Shown here: positions 1 to 9,257 of the stretch, piece by piece
Layout: each line of letters starts with the position of its first letter
How positions within the stretch are numbered: the first letter of the stretch is position 1
Source: Cylindrospermopsis raciborskii Cr2010
Lineage (GTDB): Bacteria > Cyanobacteriota > Cyanobacteriia > Cyanobacteriales > Nostocaceae
DNA: 32,000 nt
Assembly: GCF_003367075.2 (NCBI RefSeq)
Contig: NZ_CP065936.1
Location: 2,880,001-2,912,000 of the forward strand
Direction of reading: 5' to 3'
Notes under the pieces: generated by a model
Seen by the model: the letters and a program-made list of their open reading frames with translations, nothing else
Database searches by the model: none
What the model was told of the DNA's origin: nothing
Position numbers and translations under genes: made by a program

Positions 1-914
1 GATCGTCCAATATCCAATTAGCTCAGGAAGTCTCACGCTACTTGGGCCTGGACTTGGGCCCCATGATCCGCAAAAGATTTGCGGATGGTGAGTTGTATAT
101 TCAAATTCAAGAGTCTATTCGCGGTTGTGATGTTTATTTAATTCAACCAACTTGTAAGCCAGTTAATGACCATTTAATGGAATTACTAATCATAATTGAT
201 GCCTGCCGTCGTGCTTCTGCTAGACAGATTACGGCAGTGGTTCCTTATTATGGTTACGCCCGTGCGGATCGAAAAACCGCCGGGAGAGAGTCCATTACTG
301 CTAAATTGGTTGCTAACCTAATTACCCAAGCAGGGGCTAATCGAGTCCTGGCTATGGATCTACATGCGGCACAAATCCAGGGGTACTTTGATATACCCTT
401 TGATCATGTTTATGGTTCGCCAGTCTTACTGGAGTACCTACAGAATAAAGCACTACAAGATATTGTTGTGGTTTCTCCTGATGTGGGTGGGGTAGCTCGA
501 GCTAGAGCATTTGCTAAAAAACTCAATGATGCTCCCCTGGCAATAATTGATAAACGTCGTCAGGCTCATAATGTAGCTGAAGTTCTGAATGTGATTGGGG
601 ATGTGAAGGGCAAAACGGCTGTTTTAGTCGATGATATGATTGATACGGGAGGTACTATTACTCAGGGAGCAAAGTTACTCCGAGAAGAAGGTGCTAGTCA
701 AGTATATGCTTGTGCCACCCATGCAGTATTTTCACCACCAGCTATTGAACGTCTTTCCAGTGGGTTGTTTGAGGAGGTGATAGTTACTAATACCATTCCT
801 ATTTCTCCAGCAGATCAATTCCCCCAATTAGTAGTGCTTTCAGTTGCTAATTTGCTTGGGGAGGCCATTTGGCGTATTCATGAGGATACTTCCCTGAGTA
901 GTTTATTCCGTTAA
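1..914 (+). CDS. prs: ribose-phosphate pyrophosphokinase (PRPP synthetase), 5' end outside window
   Basis: The frame of ORF 42..914 stays open back to base 3 (..LAQEVSRYLGLDLGP..), so the true start is upstream. Diagnostic motifs: RKRFADGELYIQIQESIRG, PYYGYARADRK, DLHAAQIQGYF and the PRPP loop VLVDDMIDTGGT. Confidence 0.95.
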   Translation, partial: SSNIQLAQEVSRYLGLDLGPMIRKRFADGELYIQIQESIRGCDVYLIQPTCKPVNDHLMELLIIIDACRRASARQITAVVPYYGYARADRKTAGRESITAKLVANLITQAGANRVLAMDLHAAQIQGYFDIPFDHVYGSPVLLEYLQNKALQDIVVVSPDVGGVARARAFAKKLNDAPLAIIDKRRQAHNVAEVLNVIGDVKGKTAVLVDDMIDTGGTITQGAKLLREEGASQVYACATHAVFSPPAIERLSSGLFEEVIVTNTIPISPADQFPQLVVLSVANLLGEAIWRIHEDTSLSSLFR

Positions 915-999
915 CTGAGATAGTTGATAGTAGTATTATCTAAAATAGTAAGTTAGTAGCTTGACTTTCCCGTTTCTATAGTAAGGTATAGGTATAACC

Positions 1000-1458
1000 A
1001 TGTCTAAAACTGTTGCCCAGGTGATGACCCATAATCCGATTATGGTTAATCCTCAAACTCCTTTAAAACAGGCAATCCAAATCTTGGCTGAGAAGCAAAT
1101 TAGCGGGTTGCCTGTGGTTGATGATATGGGTAAGTTGGTCGGGATTATCTCAGAAACGGATCTAATGTGGCAAGAAACAGGAATTACTCCTCCTGCATAC
1201 ATTATGTTTTTGGATAGTGTGATTTACTTACAAAACCCTGCTACTTACGAACGGGATTTACACAAAGCTCTGGGACAAACTGTGGGGGAAGTGATGAGTA
1301 ACAATCCGATCACTATTAGTCCTGATCAGTCTTTGAAAACAGCAGCAAAAATTATCCAGGACCAAAAGGTTCGTCGTCTCCCCGTGGTTGATGATGCTGG
1401 TACTGTAATTGGTATTCTGACCCGTGGTGATATTATTCGCACTATGGCATGCGATTGA
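1000..1458 (+). CDS. CBS domain pair protein
   Basis: 152 aa with two CBS modules (ISGLPVVDDMGKLVGIISETDL and VRRLPVVDDAGTVIGILTRGDI). ATG start. Confidence 0.85.
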   Translation: MSKTVAQVMTHNPIMVNPQTPLKQAIQILAEKQISGLPVVDDMGKLVGIISETDLMWQETGITPPAYIMFLDSVIYLQNPATYERDLHKALGQTVGEVMSNNPITISPDQSLKTAAKIIQDQKVRRLPVVDDAGTVIGILTRGDIIRTMACD

Positions 1459-1466
1459 TTGTTGTT

Positions 1467-2591
1467 TTAATTGTTTGCTTCCAGCAATCGGGAGGTTTGA
1501 AATCTATCCATCCACTTTTCCAAGTACACTAAATTGGCTATCTGTTCACTGGGATCCCCTGTATCTATGGCATAGGGCATTAATCCTAGAATAGCTGCAG
1601 TTGTCACACAAAACATGGACTTTTGAAAGCTGATACAGATTTGCACCAGCAAGTCATCTTCACCTCTCAAACTGTGACGGTAAATCTGATGGAGGTACTC
1701 GGGTAGATAATGGCGCATGTCATGCATTAATAATGTGGGTGGAACACCTGAACCACCAATAGGTAGAGGATCCGCATATAAAGCACCATATTCAAATTTG
1801 GCCTGGTCTGGGGGAACCTGATATGCTTGAGCGTTTAGGGACACTGTTCCTAAAAAGGGTGTGCCTCGGAAAAATACCGCTTCTACGTAGGGAATGGCTG
1901 TGTCGGCCAAGAATGTTAATCCCATGGACTTAGGAATAATATCATAAACTTGCTCCCGAATTTTTACTTGGTAGGTGATTGGTTTTAGGGCATCTTTGAC
2001 TAAACCAGCTTTAATATGTTCTACTACTTGAGGAATAGATGTGATTTTTCCGATATCGTACAGATCTGATAAACTGAGAAAGATATCAGCCATGACTCGC
2101 CAAAATTGACCGAGACCACTATAATAAGCAGACATCCGCAATTGTTCAATTAAAAAGTCCGGAAACAGCTGGTTAAGACCTATAACCCCTAGGTTGTATT
2201 TGAATTTAGCTGATATTACGGCCTGGGCTCTGTGGGCAAATTCAGGGCTATCTAAATAGGAATCTAGCCCCCCACCACCATGCCACATCATGGTTTTCAT
2301 GCAGTATTCTGCATATTCAAAGTTAATGCGATCGTGCCACCAATGACGGAATAATTGGGGAAGGGAGATTTTGCCGTTAAAATATTTGAAAAATGGGAAG
2401 AATACTAAAAATTGATGATCTGCTATGTAGATCAGGTTTTGAGAATAAGCATCTAGTACCACACCATAACTTTTGAGAATCCCTACAACTTCTAAGACAT
2501 TTTCTGGACTGTCTTTGAGTAGGGCCTTTCCGGTTTGCAATTGCTCGATGAATTCATGTAGGGGATGGACCCTGTTTTCAATCTGTTTCAT
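1467..2591 (-). CDS. cupB: CO2 hydration protein of the NDH-1 CO2-uptake complex (ChpX/CupB-type)
   Basis: Chp/Cup family signature stretches (FFPFFKYFNG, FRHWWHDRINFEYAEYCMKTMMWHGGGGLDSYLD). It sits immediately downstream of ndhF-ndhD with an ATGA stop/start overlap at 2588-2591. The 374-aa length and the absence of a cupS gene downstream favour CupB over the longer CupA. That subtype choice is inference. Confidence 0.85.
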   Translation of the reverse strand: MKQIENRVHPLHEFIEQLQTGKALLKDSPENVLEVVGILKSYGVVLDAYSQNLIYIADHQFLVFFPFFKYFNGKISLPQLFRHWWHDRINFEYAEYCMKTMMWHGGGGLDSYLDSPEFAHRAQAVISAKFKYNLGVIGLNQLFPDFLIEQLRMSAYYSGLGQFWRVMADIFLSLSDLYDIGKITSIPQVVEHIKAGLVKDALKPITYQVKIREQVYDIIPKSMGLTFLADTAIPYVEAVFFRGTPFLGTVSLNAQAYQVPPDQAKFEYGALYADPLPIGGSGVPPTLLMHDMRHYLPEYLHQIYRHSLRGEDDLLVQICISFQKSMFCVTTAAILGLMPYAIDTGDPSEQIANLVYLEKWMDRFQTSRLLEANN

Positions 2592-4075
2592 TTACTTACT
2601 TGAGTTAATTGGCTTGCTGGTTTTTGCACACTGACCTGCACTGTTGCTTGACTCCAATGGGTTAACCATGACGGTTGAATTCCCAAAATAATAATTAATC
2701 CCGCTAATACTACAGCAGGCAAGCGATCGCTCAGGTATACGCGAGGTAGTCTAACTACTTGTGGTGATAATCTGCCAAAGAAGGCCCGATTTACCAAAAT
2801 TAGGAAATAAACTGCTGTTAAACCAGTTCCCACCATGGATAATAGGGTTTGTACTGGAAAAACCTCATAGCTACCCCGGAAGATAATAAATTCTGAAATA
2901 AAACCTACCATCCCCGGTATACCTGCACTGGCCATGACTCCTAAAATCATTAGTGTGCCAACCACTGGCATTCCCCGCTCTGGATTTAATAACCCCCGCA
3001 GTACCTCTAAATCACGACTACCAGCTTTTTTGTATACTACACCTACCAGTAAGAACAACATGGCTGAAATCAGCCCGTGACTCACCATTTGCATAATAGC
3101 ACCTAGTACACTTAAAGGTGTGGCCGCTGCTGTTGCTAACAGTATATACCCCATGTGTCCAATAGAGCTATAGGCTACCATTTTTTTCATGTCCTTCTGA
3201 GCGATCGCACAGGATGCTCCAAATAGTACACTAATTACAGCCCATGTTGCCAAGGTAGGTGCTGCATATTCCCAGGCTTGGGGTAATAAGTTCATACCAA
3301 ATCTAACCAGACCATAGGTTCCCAATTTCAACAGTACTCCCGCTAAAAGTACGGAAATGGGAGTGGATGCTTCCACGTGAGCATCGGGTAACCAGGTATG
3401 AAAAGGAACAAGGGGGATTTTAATGCCAAATCCGATGATGATTCCAGCCAATAACAACAGTTGGGTGGTTAAAGGTAGAGTGTGAGCATTGACAGTTTCT
3501 AGGGCAAAACTAGGGGAATGACTCAACCAAATCATTCCCAAGAAACTGGCCAGAATTAGGATTCCTGAGAGGGCGGTATAAATGAGAAACTTAGTAGCTG
3601 CATAACCTTTTCGTATTCCTCCCCAAATAGCAATTAGTAAGTATAGGGGAATCAGTTCCAATTCATAAAACAGGAAGAACAATAATAGGTCTTGGGCTAA
3701 AAAAGCTCCAATTACTCCAGTACTCAGTAAAAAAATTAAGGAATAATAAAACTTGGGACGCTGGATTGACTCATCAGTACTGTAAATGGCAATAACAGTC
3801 AAAATTCCGTTCAACAATAGTAAAGGTAAGGATAAACCATCCACACCCAAACGATAGTTTAACCCTAACACATCTATCCAAATCAGGGATTCGGTAAATT
3901 GTACATTTCCCTGGTTAGGGTCAAACCTAATTGTTAACAAAACAGTCCACAAAAAAATCATCCCAGCAATGGCCAAAGAGATTTGACGGGCAGTTTTTCC
4001 ACTTATCGATGTTGGATAAAAACCAATCACAGCTGCACCAATTAGAGGTAGCAAAATTAGGGTACTTAACATCAT
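2588..4075 (-). CDS. ndhD4: NAD(P)H-quinone oxidoreductase subunit D (NuoM family), CO2-uptake paralog
   Basis: 495-aa polytopic membrane protein with NdhD/NuoM-type sequence (FHTWLPDAHVEASTPISVLLAGVLLKLG). It lies between ndhF and the cup gene. The D4 versus D3 assignment rests only on the CupB-like partner. Confidence 0.8.
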   Translation of the reverse strand: MMLSTLILLPLIGAAVIGFYPTSISGKTARQISLAIAGMIFLWTVLLTIRFDPNQGNVQFTESLIWIDVLGLNYRLGVDGLSLPLLLLNGILTVIAIYSTDESIQRPKFYYSLIFLLSTGVIGAFLAQDLLLFFLFYELELIPLYLLIAIWGGIRKGYAATKFLIYTALSGILILASFLGMIWLSHSPSFALETVNAHTLPLTTQLLLLAGIIIGFGIKIPLVPFHTWLPDAHVEASTPISVLLAGVLLKLGTYGLVRFGMNLLPQAWEYAAPTLATWAVISVLFGASCAIAQKDMKKMVAYSSIGHMGYILLATAAATPLSVLGAIMQMVSHGLISAMLFLLVGVVYKKAGSRDLEVLRGLLNPERGMPVVGTLMILGVMASAGIPGMVGFISEFIIFRGSYEVFPVQTLLSMVGTGLTAVYFLILVNRAFFGRLSPQVVRLPRVYLSDRLPAVVLAGLIIILGIQPSWLTHWSQATVQVSVQKPASQLTQVSK

Positions 4076-4121
4076 TAGTTCATTATTGCTAATTTGGCAT
4101 TTAGGCGGTTATTCACTACGA

Positions 4122-5978
4122 CTAGAAGGGTAACCTATTTAGTAAACCTAAGTAACCACTAATCAAGAAACCAAGTAGACTGATCACCACCAGAATCGTT
4201 AACATATAACCCTGAGACTGACCAGAAACACTATATTTTAGGCTTTGTCCACCAAACATAGCTGCAAATCCCACCAGGTTAACCAGACCATCTACTAAAT
4301 AGCGATCGCACCAGGAGGATATTTTAGATAAGAGTGCTACCACACCGACTATGGTTAACCGATATATCTTATCAATGTAAAAATCGTATCCTAGGAAATC
4401 TTGAACAAATCTCCATGCCAAAATCCTTGATCTCGACCAACCCTTGTGTAGATGTATGGTAGAGCCGATTACCACCCCCAAGACAGTGGAACCTACTAAT
4501 GCCACAGCTATGTACCAATCAACATCTTCCCAGTCAGGAAGTAAGTACCATTGCTGAAGCATGACCGGCAATATTAGGGTTACAATTGTTAGGGTAACCA
4601 TGGGGAGAGCCATGGGCCAACCCACTTCCGGGGCGCGACGGGTTTTTTGTTGGGGTTGTCCCCAAAAGATCAGACGAAAAACCCTAGTTAAATTTAGGGC
4701 GGTTAGGCCATTGACTAAAATTAACACTACAATCACCCAGGGACTAATCTTCACTAAACCATCAGCCCACGCTAACATGGCCCAAAAACTTCCCAGGGGT
4801 AATAAGGTGACCATTCCCGCTGCACCCACTAAAAAAGCCGTTGTTGTTGCTGGCATCTTTGTCCACAAACCACCCATTTCCGTCAGATCTTGAGTTTGGG
4901 TGGTATATATAACAGAACCAGAACTCATAAATAATAGAGCCTTGGCCATCGCATGGGTTAACAACAGCATCAGAGCCACACCTCCCTGCTCCATTCCCAC
5001 CGCCAAAAACACTAATCCCATGTAGGCACTTGTAGAATGAGATAGGGCGCGTTTAATATCAATTTGAGCTATTGAAACTAAAGTTGCTCCCACTGCTGTA
5101 ACAGTACCCATAATGATCAAGGCATTCAAAGCCACGGGCGATAGGCTGAGGATTGGTTGAATTTTATATAGAACATAGGCCCCACCAGCGACCACCAGAG
5201 AGTTGCGCATGACAGAGGCTGGGTTTGGGCCTTCCATAGCCTCATCCAACCACAAATGGAGGGGGAATTGGGCGCACTTACCAGCAGGTCCAGCAATTAG
5301 GGCTATACCCAGCAAGGTAGAGGTCAGAGGGTTTAAATTTGCCCCTTGTACCCACTCATAAAGGTCCAAAAAGTTGAGGCTATTAGCTTTAGTGGAAAGT
5401 ATAACCACAGCCATAAGTAGTAATAAATCCCCCACTCGTTTAGTTAAAAAAGCATCTCTCGCTGCTGTTACCACTAGAGGTTGGGCATACCAAAAACCCA
5501 CCAGTAGATAGGTAGAAAGAGTAAGAACCTCTAAGAGAGCATAACTAAGAAATAAAGAATCACTTACAGCTAATCCACTCAAAGCTGCTTCAAAAAATCC
5601 CAAGAGAGCAAAAAAGCGTGCTAGAGACCAGTCTTTTTCCATATAACCTAGAGCATAGGTTTGAGCTAATAGACCTAATCCGCTAATTAACACTAATGCT
5701 CCCACACTCACCTGGGATAATTCTAAAGCAAAATTCAACTGAAAATCGCCGAACTCAAACCAGTTAATTACTAAGCTTTGTGAATCCGTACCCCCCAAAT
5801 TTTTAAATACAAGCAGACTATGGAAAAAAGCCAATATAGTCATTAACAAGTTCAGATAAGCAGCAGGTCTAGGACCCGTACTTTTAACTATTCCCACACA
5901 CCAGGGTAGGCTGAGAATTGCCCCCAATAGGCTATAAAACGGCACAAACCAACTTGTGAATAATAAGACCTCATTCAT
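4122..5978 (-). CDS. ndhF4: NAD(P)H-quinone oxidoreductase subunit F (NuoL family), CO2-uptake paralog
   Basis: 618-aa polytopic membrane protein with NdhF/NuoL-type sequence (PLHLWLDEAMEGPNPASVMRNSLVVAGGAY). It is the first gene of the ndhF-ndhD-cup cluster. The F4 versus F3 assignment is inferred from the CupB-like partner. Confidence 0.8.
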   Translation of the reverse strand: MNEVLLFTSWFVPFYSLLGAILSLPWCVGIVKSTGPRPAAYLNLLMTILAFFHSLLVFKNLGGTDSQSLVINWFEFGDFQLNFALELSQVSVGALVLISGLGLLAQTYALGYMEKDWSLARFFALLGFFEAALSGLAVSDSLFLSYALLEVLTLSTYLLVGFWYAQPLVVTAARDAFLTKRVGDLLLLMAVVILSTKANSLNFLDLYEWVQGANLNPLTSTLLGIALIAGPAGKCAQFPLHLWLDEAMEGPNPASVMRNSLVVAGGAYVLYKIQPILSLSPVALNALIIMGTVTAVGATLVSIAQIDIKRALSHSTSAYMGLVFLAVGMEQGGVALMLLLTHAMAKALLFMSSGSVIYTTQTQDLTEMGGLWTKMPATTTAFLVGAAGMVTLLPLGSFWAMLAWADGLVKISPWVIVVLILVNGLTALNLTRVFRLIFWGQPQQKTRRAPEVGWPMALPMVTLTIVTLILPVMLQQWYLLPDWEDVDWYIAVALVGSTVLGVVIGSTIHLHKGWSRSRILAWRFVQDFLGYDFYIDKIYRLTIVGVVALLSKISSWCDRYLVDGLVNLVGFAAMFGGQSLKYSVSGQSQGYMLTILVVISLLGFLISGYLGLLNRLPF

Positions 5979-6428
5979 CTAAATCATCGGACTCCAATTT
6001 TTCTTTCTTAAACAGGCTTAAAACAAATCTCGGTTTAGAGTAAGTCAACCTGACCACAATCAAGTTTTTTTAATATTTTTTTCATCTTTCTTCCCTATTG
6101 TTTATACAGTTACCACAATTTGCCATGTCAATCCTAGTACCTGGGAAATTTTTCCGTGAGGATAACTTAGATTATACGCGCCCTTATCAAGTCACTATAG
6201 ATGTGAATATATTTATTACGGTTTATAGTATTTTGGGCAGTTAAATTTTGTTAAGTTTTCTAAAACTATTTTATCACAAACTATTATAGTAATTTATGTT
6301 GCCAGGGGTGCCCAGGTCTCATATCCTTAGATCTAGAAGTATTTGCTTCGCTCACAATGAGCATCCCCGTCAAAAATTTCTAATCAACCACAGTACAAAA
6401 GTCCTATTTAATTTTGAGGAGTTCTGCG

Positions 6429-6737
6429 ATGCCAATTGCAGTAGGAATGATTGAGACAAAAGGGTTTCCAGCAGTAGTAGAAGCCGCTGATGCGATGGTA
6501 AAAGCAGCCCGTGTCACCTTAGTAGGGTATGAAAAGATCGGCAGCGCACGCGTTACCGTGATTGTGAGAGGCGACGTATCCGAAGTTCAAGCCTCAGTAG
6601 CAGCGGGTATTGAAGCAGCTAGAAGGGTAAATGGCGGAGAAGTATTATCAACTCATATCATCGCCCGTCCCCATGAGAACCTAGAATATGTATTACCCAT
6701 CAGGTATACAGAGGCAGTAGAGCAGTTCCGAACTTAA
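6429..6737 (+). CDS. ccmK2: carboxysome shell protein CcmK (BMC-H), short form
   Basis: BMC domain ([38 protein letters not shown]..). The tracked ORF begins at TTG 6414. ATG 6429 is preferred because the GAGGA at 6416-6420 is well placed for it and the product then starts with the canonical MPIAVG. The K2 label follows the usual short-then-long K2-K1 order and is tentative. Confidence 0.9.
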   Translation: MPIAVGMIETKGFPAVVEAADAMVKAARVTLVGYEKIGSARVTVIVRGDVSEVQASVAAGIEAARRVNGGEVLSTHIIARPHENLEYVLPIRYTEAVEQFRT

Positions 6738-6841
6738 ACGGGTATCTAGTTCCACAACTTGCCCAACAGTAAAAAGGAATAACTTTTTACTTTTGTATAG
6801 TCAACAATGTAAAATCACGATTGTAAGTAAGGATAGAGAAA

Positions 6842-7183
6842 ATGTCAATTGCAGTGGGAATGGTAGAAACCTTAGGGTTTCCCGCAGTGGTAGAAGCTGC
6901 TGATGCGATGGTAAAAGCAGCCCGTGTTACCTTAGTAGGATACGAGAAGATCGGCAGTGGTCGCGTAACAGTAATTGTGCGTGGTGACGTATCCGAAGTT
7001 CAAGCCTCAGTAGCAGCAGGAGTAGAAAACGTGAAGCGAGTCAATGGTGGACAGGTATTGTCTACCCATATTATTGCTCGCCCTCACGAAAACCTAGAGT
7101 ATGTACTGCCAATTCGATATACAGAAGACGTAGAACAATTCCGGGAAGGGGTAAGTGGGATTCGCCCCTTTAGGAGACCGTAA
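6842..7183 (+). CDS. ccmK1: carboxysome shell protein CcmK (BMC-H) with C-terminal extension
   Basis: 113-aa BMC domain protein ([38 protein letters not shown]..) with an extra C-terminal tail ([13 protein letters not shown]). Confidence 0.9.
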   Translation: MSIAVGMVETLGFPAVVEAADAMVKAARVTLVGYEKIGSGRVTVIVRGDVSEVQASVAAGVENVKRVNGGQVLSTHIIARPHENLEYVLPIRYTEDVEQFREGVSGIRPFRRP

Positions 7184-7189
7184 TTAAGA

Positions 7190-7492
7190 ATGCAAATTGC
7201 GAAGGTGCGTGGCACAGTAGTCAGCACCCAAAAAGATCCCAGTCTCAGGGGTGTGAAACTACTCATGGTACAGCTAGTAGATGAGAACGGTAATCTTCTC
7301 CCAAAATATGAGGTAGCAGCTGACAGTGTGGGAGCAGGAGTAGATGAGTGGGTACTATTTAGTCGAGGTAGTGCCGCCCGTCAAGTTCTTGGCAATGAAC
7401 AGCGACCCCTAGATGCGGCAGTGGTGGCGATAATAGATACTATTCACGTCGAAGATCGTTTAGTTTACAGCAAAAAAGACCAGTATAAATAG
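7190..7492 (+). CDS. ccmL: carboxysome vertex protein CcmL (EutN/CcmL pentamer family)
   Basis: 100 aa with the typical CcmL N-terminus MQIAKVRGTVVSTQKDPSLRGVKLL. It sits in the canonical position after ccmK. Confidence 0.92.
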   Translation: MQIAKVRGTVVSTQKDPSLRGVKLLMVQLVDENGNLLPKYEVAADSVGAGVDEWVLFSRGSAARQVLGNEQRPLDAAVVAIIDTIHVEDRLVYSKKDQYK

Positions 7493-7543
7493 TCAGGAGG
7501 TCACGACCACTGACAACAAGATTATTTCAGGAGGAATCCCACA

Positions 7544-9160
7544 ATGGTAGTCCGCAGCACGGCGGCACCCCCAACCCCGTGGTCAAAGAGTTTAGCCGAA
7601 CCGGACGTTCATCAAACTGCTTATGTACATCCTTCCTCTAACTTGATTGGGGATGTTCATCTCGGTCAGAATGTGATTATTGCCCCGGGAACATCTATTA
7701 GAGCAGATGAAGGAACCCCCTTTCATATCGGTGAAAATACCAATATTCAGGATGGGGTGGTTATTCATGGTTTGGAGCAGGGCCGAGTAGTCGGGGATGA
7801 CGGCGAGAAATATTCCGTATGGATTGGTAAAAACGCTTCCATCACCCACATGGCGCTGATTCATGGACCAGCTTATGTAGGGGACAACTGTTTTATAGGT
7901 TTTCGCTCCACGGTCTTTAATGCCAGAGTCGGAGCGGGTTGCATCGTCATGATGCACGCCTTAATACAAGATGTGGAAATACCCCCGGGTAAATACATAG
8001 CTTCCGGTTCAATTATTACAACACAGCAGCAAGCTGATCGCTTACCAGAGGTGCAGGCTCAAGATCAGCAGTTTGCCCACCATGTTGTGGGGATAAATCA
8101 GGCTTTACGAGCTGGTTATCGCTGCGCGGAAGATCTCAAATGTATTACCCCCATTCGGGATGAGTTAAAAGATCACGAAGAAAAAACTTATACAAGCATC
8201 ACAGTTGAAGAGTTAGATAGGAGTAGTGAAGTGGCAGGCAAATTGAGTGCAGATACAGTAGAACAGCTACGGTATCTACTGGAGCAAGGTTATAAAATTG
8301 GTACAGAGCATGTGGATCAAAGACGGTTTCGCACAGGATCCTGGCAAAGTTGCCAGCCCATCGAAACCCGCTCCTTGGGACAGGCAATTAGTGCTTTAGA
8401 AACTTGTTTAGTGGACCACGCTGGTGAGTACGTGCGTTTATTTGGGATTGATGGTGGTAAGAAGAGGGTTTTGGAAACCATTATTCAACGTCCTGATGGT
8501 GTGGTGGTAGCTACTTCCCCTAGCTTTAAGGGACCATCCCCAACCAGCTATAATGGTAATGGCAAGTTTGGTGGTATTGACACCCAAATCATCAATCAGA
8601 TTAATCAGCTTTTGAACAATGGTTATAAGATTGCAACAGAGCATGTAGATGAACGAAGATTCCGGACTGGGACTTGGCAAAGCTGTGAACCTATTCATTC
8701 TACCTCGACTCAGGAAGTAGTGGCGGCTCTGGAGTCATGCTTAAACTCTCATCAAGGTGAGTATGTTCGACTCATTGGTATTGATACCAAGGCTAAACGC
8801 CGAGTGTTGGAAAGTATTGTGCAGCGCCCTAATGGACAGGTAGTCACATCTGGTAACGGCAAAGTTTCCCCCACTGGTGGCACCACAGCTGTTAGTAACC
8901 ATCTAGGTGGAGAAATTATAGACCATCTCAGACAATTAGTCAACGGTGGACTGAAAATTAGTCTAGAACACGTAGACCAAAGACGCTTCCGGACGGGAAC
9001 CTGGTCTAGTGCGGGACTCATTGAAGCTAGAAGTGAAAGAGAGGCGATCGCCACTGTAGAATCCTATCTATCTGAGTATCCAGGTGAGTATGTAAGACTA
9101 ATAGGTATTGATCCCCAAGTGAAGCGTCGGGTACTAGAAGTAATTATCCAACGTCCATAA
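7544..9160 (+). CDS. ccmM: carboxysome assembly protein CcmM (gamma-carbonic-anhydrase-like domain plus three RbcS-like modules)
   Basis: The N-terminal region is a left-handed beta-helix gamma-CA fold (residues ~1-200; His75, His102, His107). It is followed by three ~87-aa repeats sharing GYKIxxEHVDxRRFRTGxW...GEYVRLxGID...RRVLExIxQRP. Confidence 0.95.
   Translation: MVVRSTAAPPTPWSKSLAEPDVHQTAYVHPSSNLIGDVHLGQNVIIAPGTSIRADEGTPFHIGENTNIQDGVVIHGLEQGRVVGDDGEKYSVWIGKNASITHMALIHGPAYVGDNCFIGFRSTVFNARVGAGCIVMMHALIQDVEIPPGKYIASGSIITTQQQADRLPEVQAQDQQFAHHVVGINQALRAGYRCAEDLKCITPIRDELKDHEEKTYTSITVEELDRSSEVAGKLSADTVEQLRYLLEQGYKIGTEHVDQRRFRTGSWQSCQPIETRSLGQAISALETCLVDHAGEYVRLFGIDGGKKRVLETIIQRPDGVVVATSPSFKGPSPTSYNGNGKFGGIDTQIINQINQLLNNGYKIATEHVDERRFRTGTWQSCEPIHSTSTQEVVAALESCLNSHQGEYVRLIGIDTKAKRRVLESIVQRPNGQVVTSGNGKVSPTGGTTAVSNHLGGEIIDHLRQLVNGGLKISLEHVDQRRFRTGTWSSAGLIEARSEREAIATVESYLSEYPGEYVRLIGIDPQVKRRVLEVIIQRP
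8218..8233 (+). promoter_or_regulatory. candidate internal ribosome-binding site and GTG start for a short (M35-like) CcmM isoform
   Basis: TAGGAG lies at 8218-8223, with a 7-nt spacer before the in-frame GTG at 8231 (Val230). This sits in the linker just before SSLD module 1. The predicted product is 309 aa. Confidence 0.4.
8240..9157 (+). repeat. three RbcS-like (SSLD/SSUL) modules within ccmM
   Basis: Module 1 is at nt 8240-8500 (aa 233-319), module 2 at 8573-8836 (aa 344-431) and module 3 at 8903-9157 (aa 454-538). They are separated by Ser/Pro/Gly-rich linkers. This is repetition at the protein level, read directly from the translation. Confidence 0.9.
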
Positions 9161-9257
9161 TAGGCGGGTAATAGCTTATAGGCTGGTAGGTTTGGCCAAT
9201 TATCACTTACCAATTTTTTGTGAAATCATTATTCCGGCTTCCGAGGTAGTAAAAGTC

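Noticed and set aside
4561-4893. 110-aa plus-strand ORF inside ndhF.
   Set aside because: It is fully nested antisense to a strongly supported membrane-protein gene. The Arg/Lys-rich translation is typical of an antisense reading frame.
6125-6244. 39-codon ATG ORF in the ndhF/ccmK divergent spacer.
   Set aside because: There is no ribosome-binding site, the sequence is AT-rich, and it overlaps the candidate regulatory motifs. Chance is the likelier explanation.
7084-9054. Minus-strand ORFs 7084-7266, 7592-7957, 8199-8387, 8438-8698 and 8752-9054.
   Set aside because: All are nested antisense within ccmK1/ccmL/ccmM, whose plus-strand products have unmistakable family signatures.
6414-9257. 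Upstream alternative starts given by the ORF track for ccmK2 (TTG 6414) and ccmN (TTG 9192), and likewise TTG 17090 for the DUF1816 gene.
   Set aside because: In each case a downstream ATG gives the canonical family N-terminus. For ccmK2 the ATG also has a better-placed Shine-Dalgarno-like sequence.
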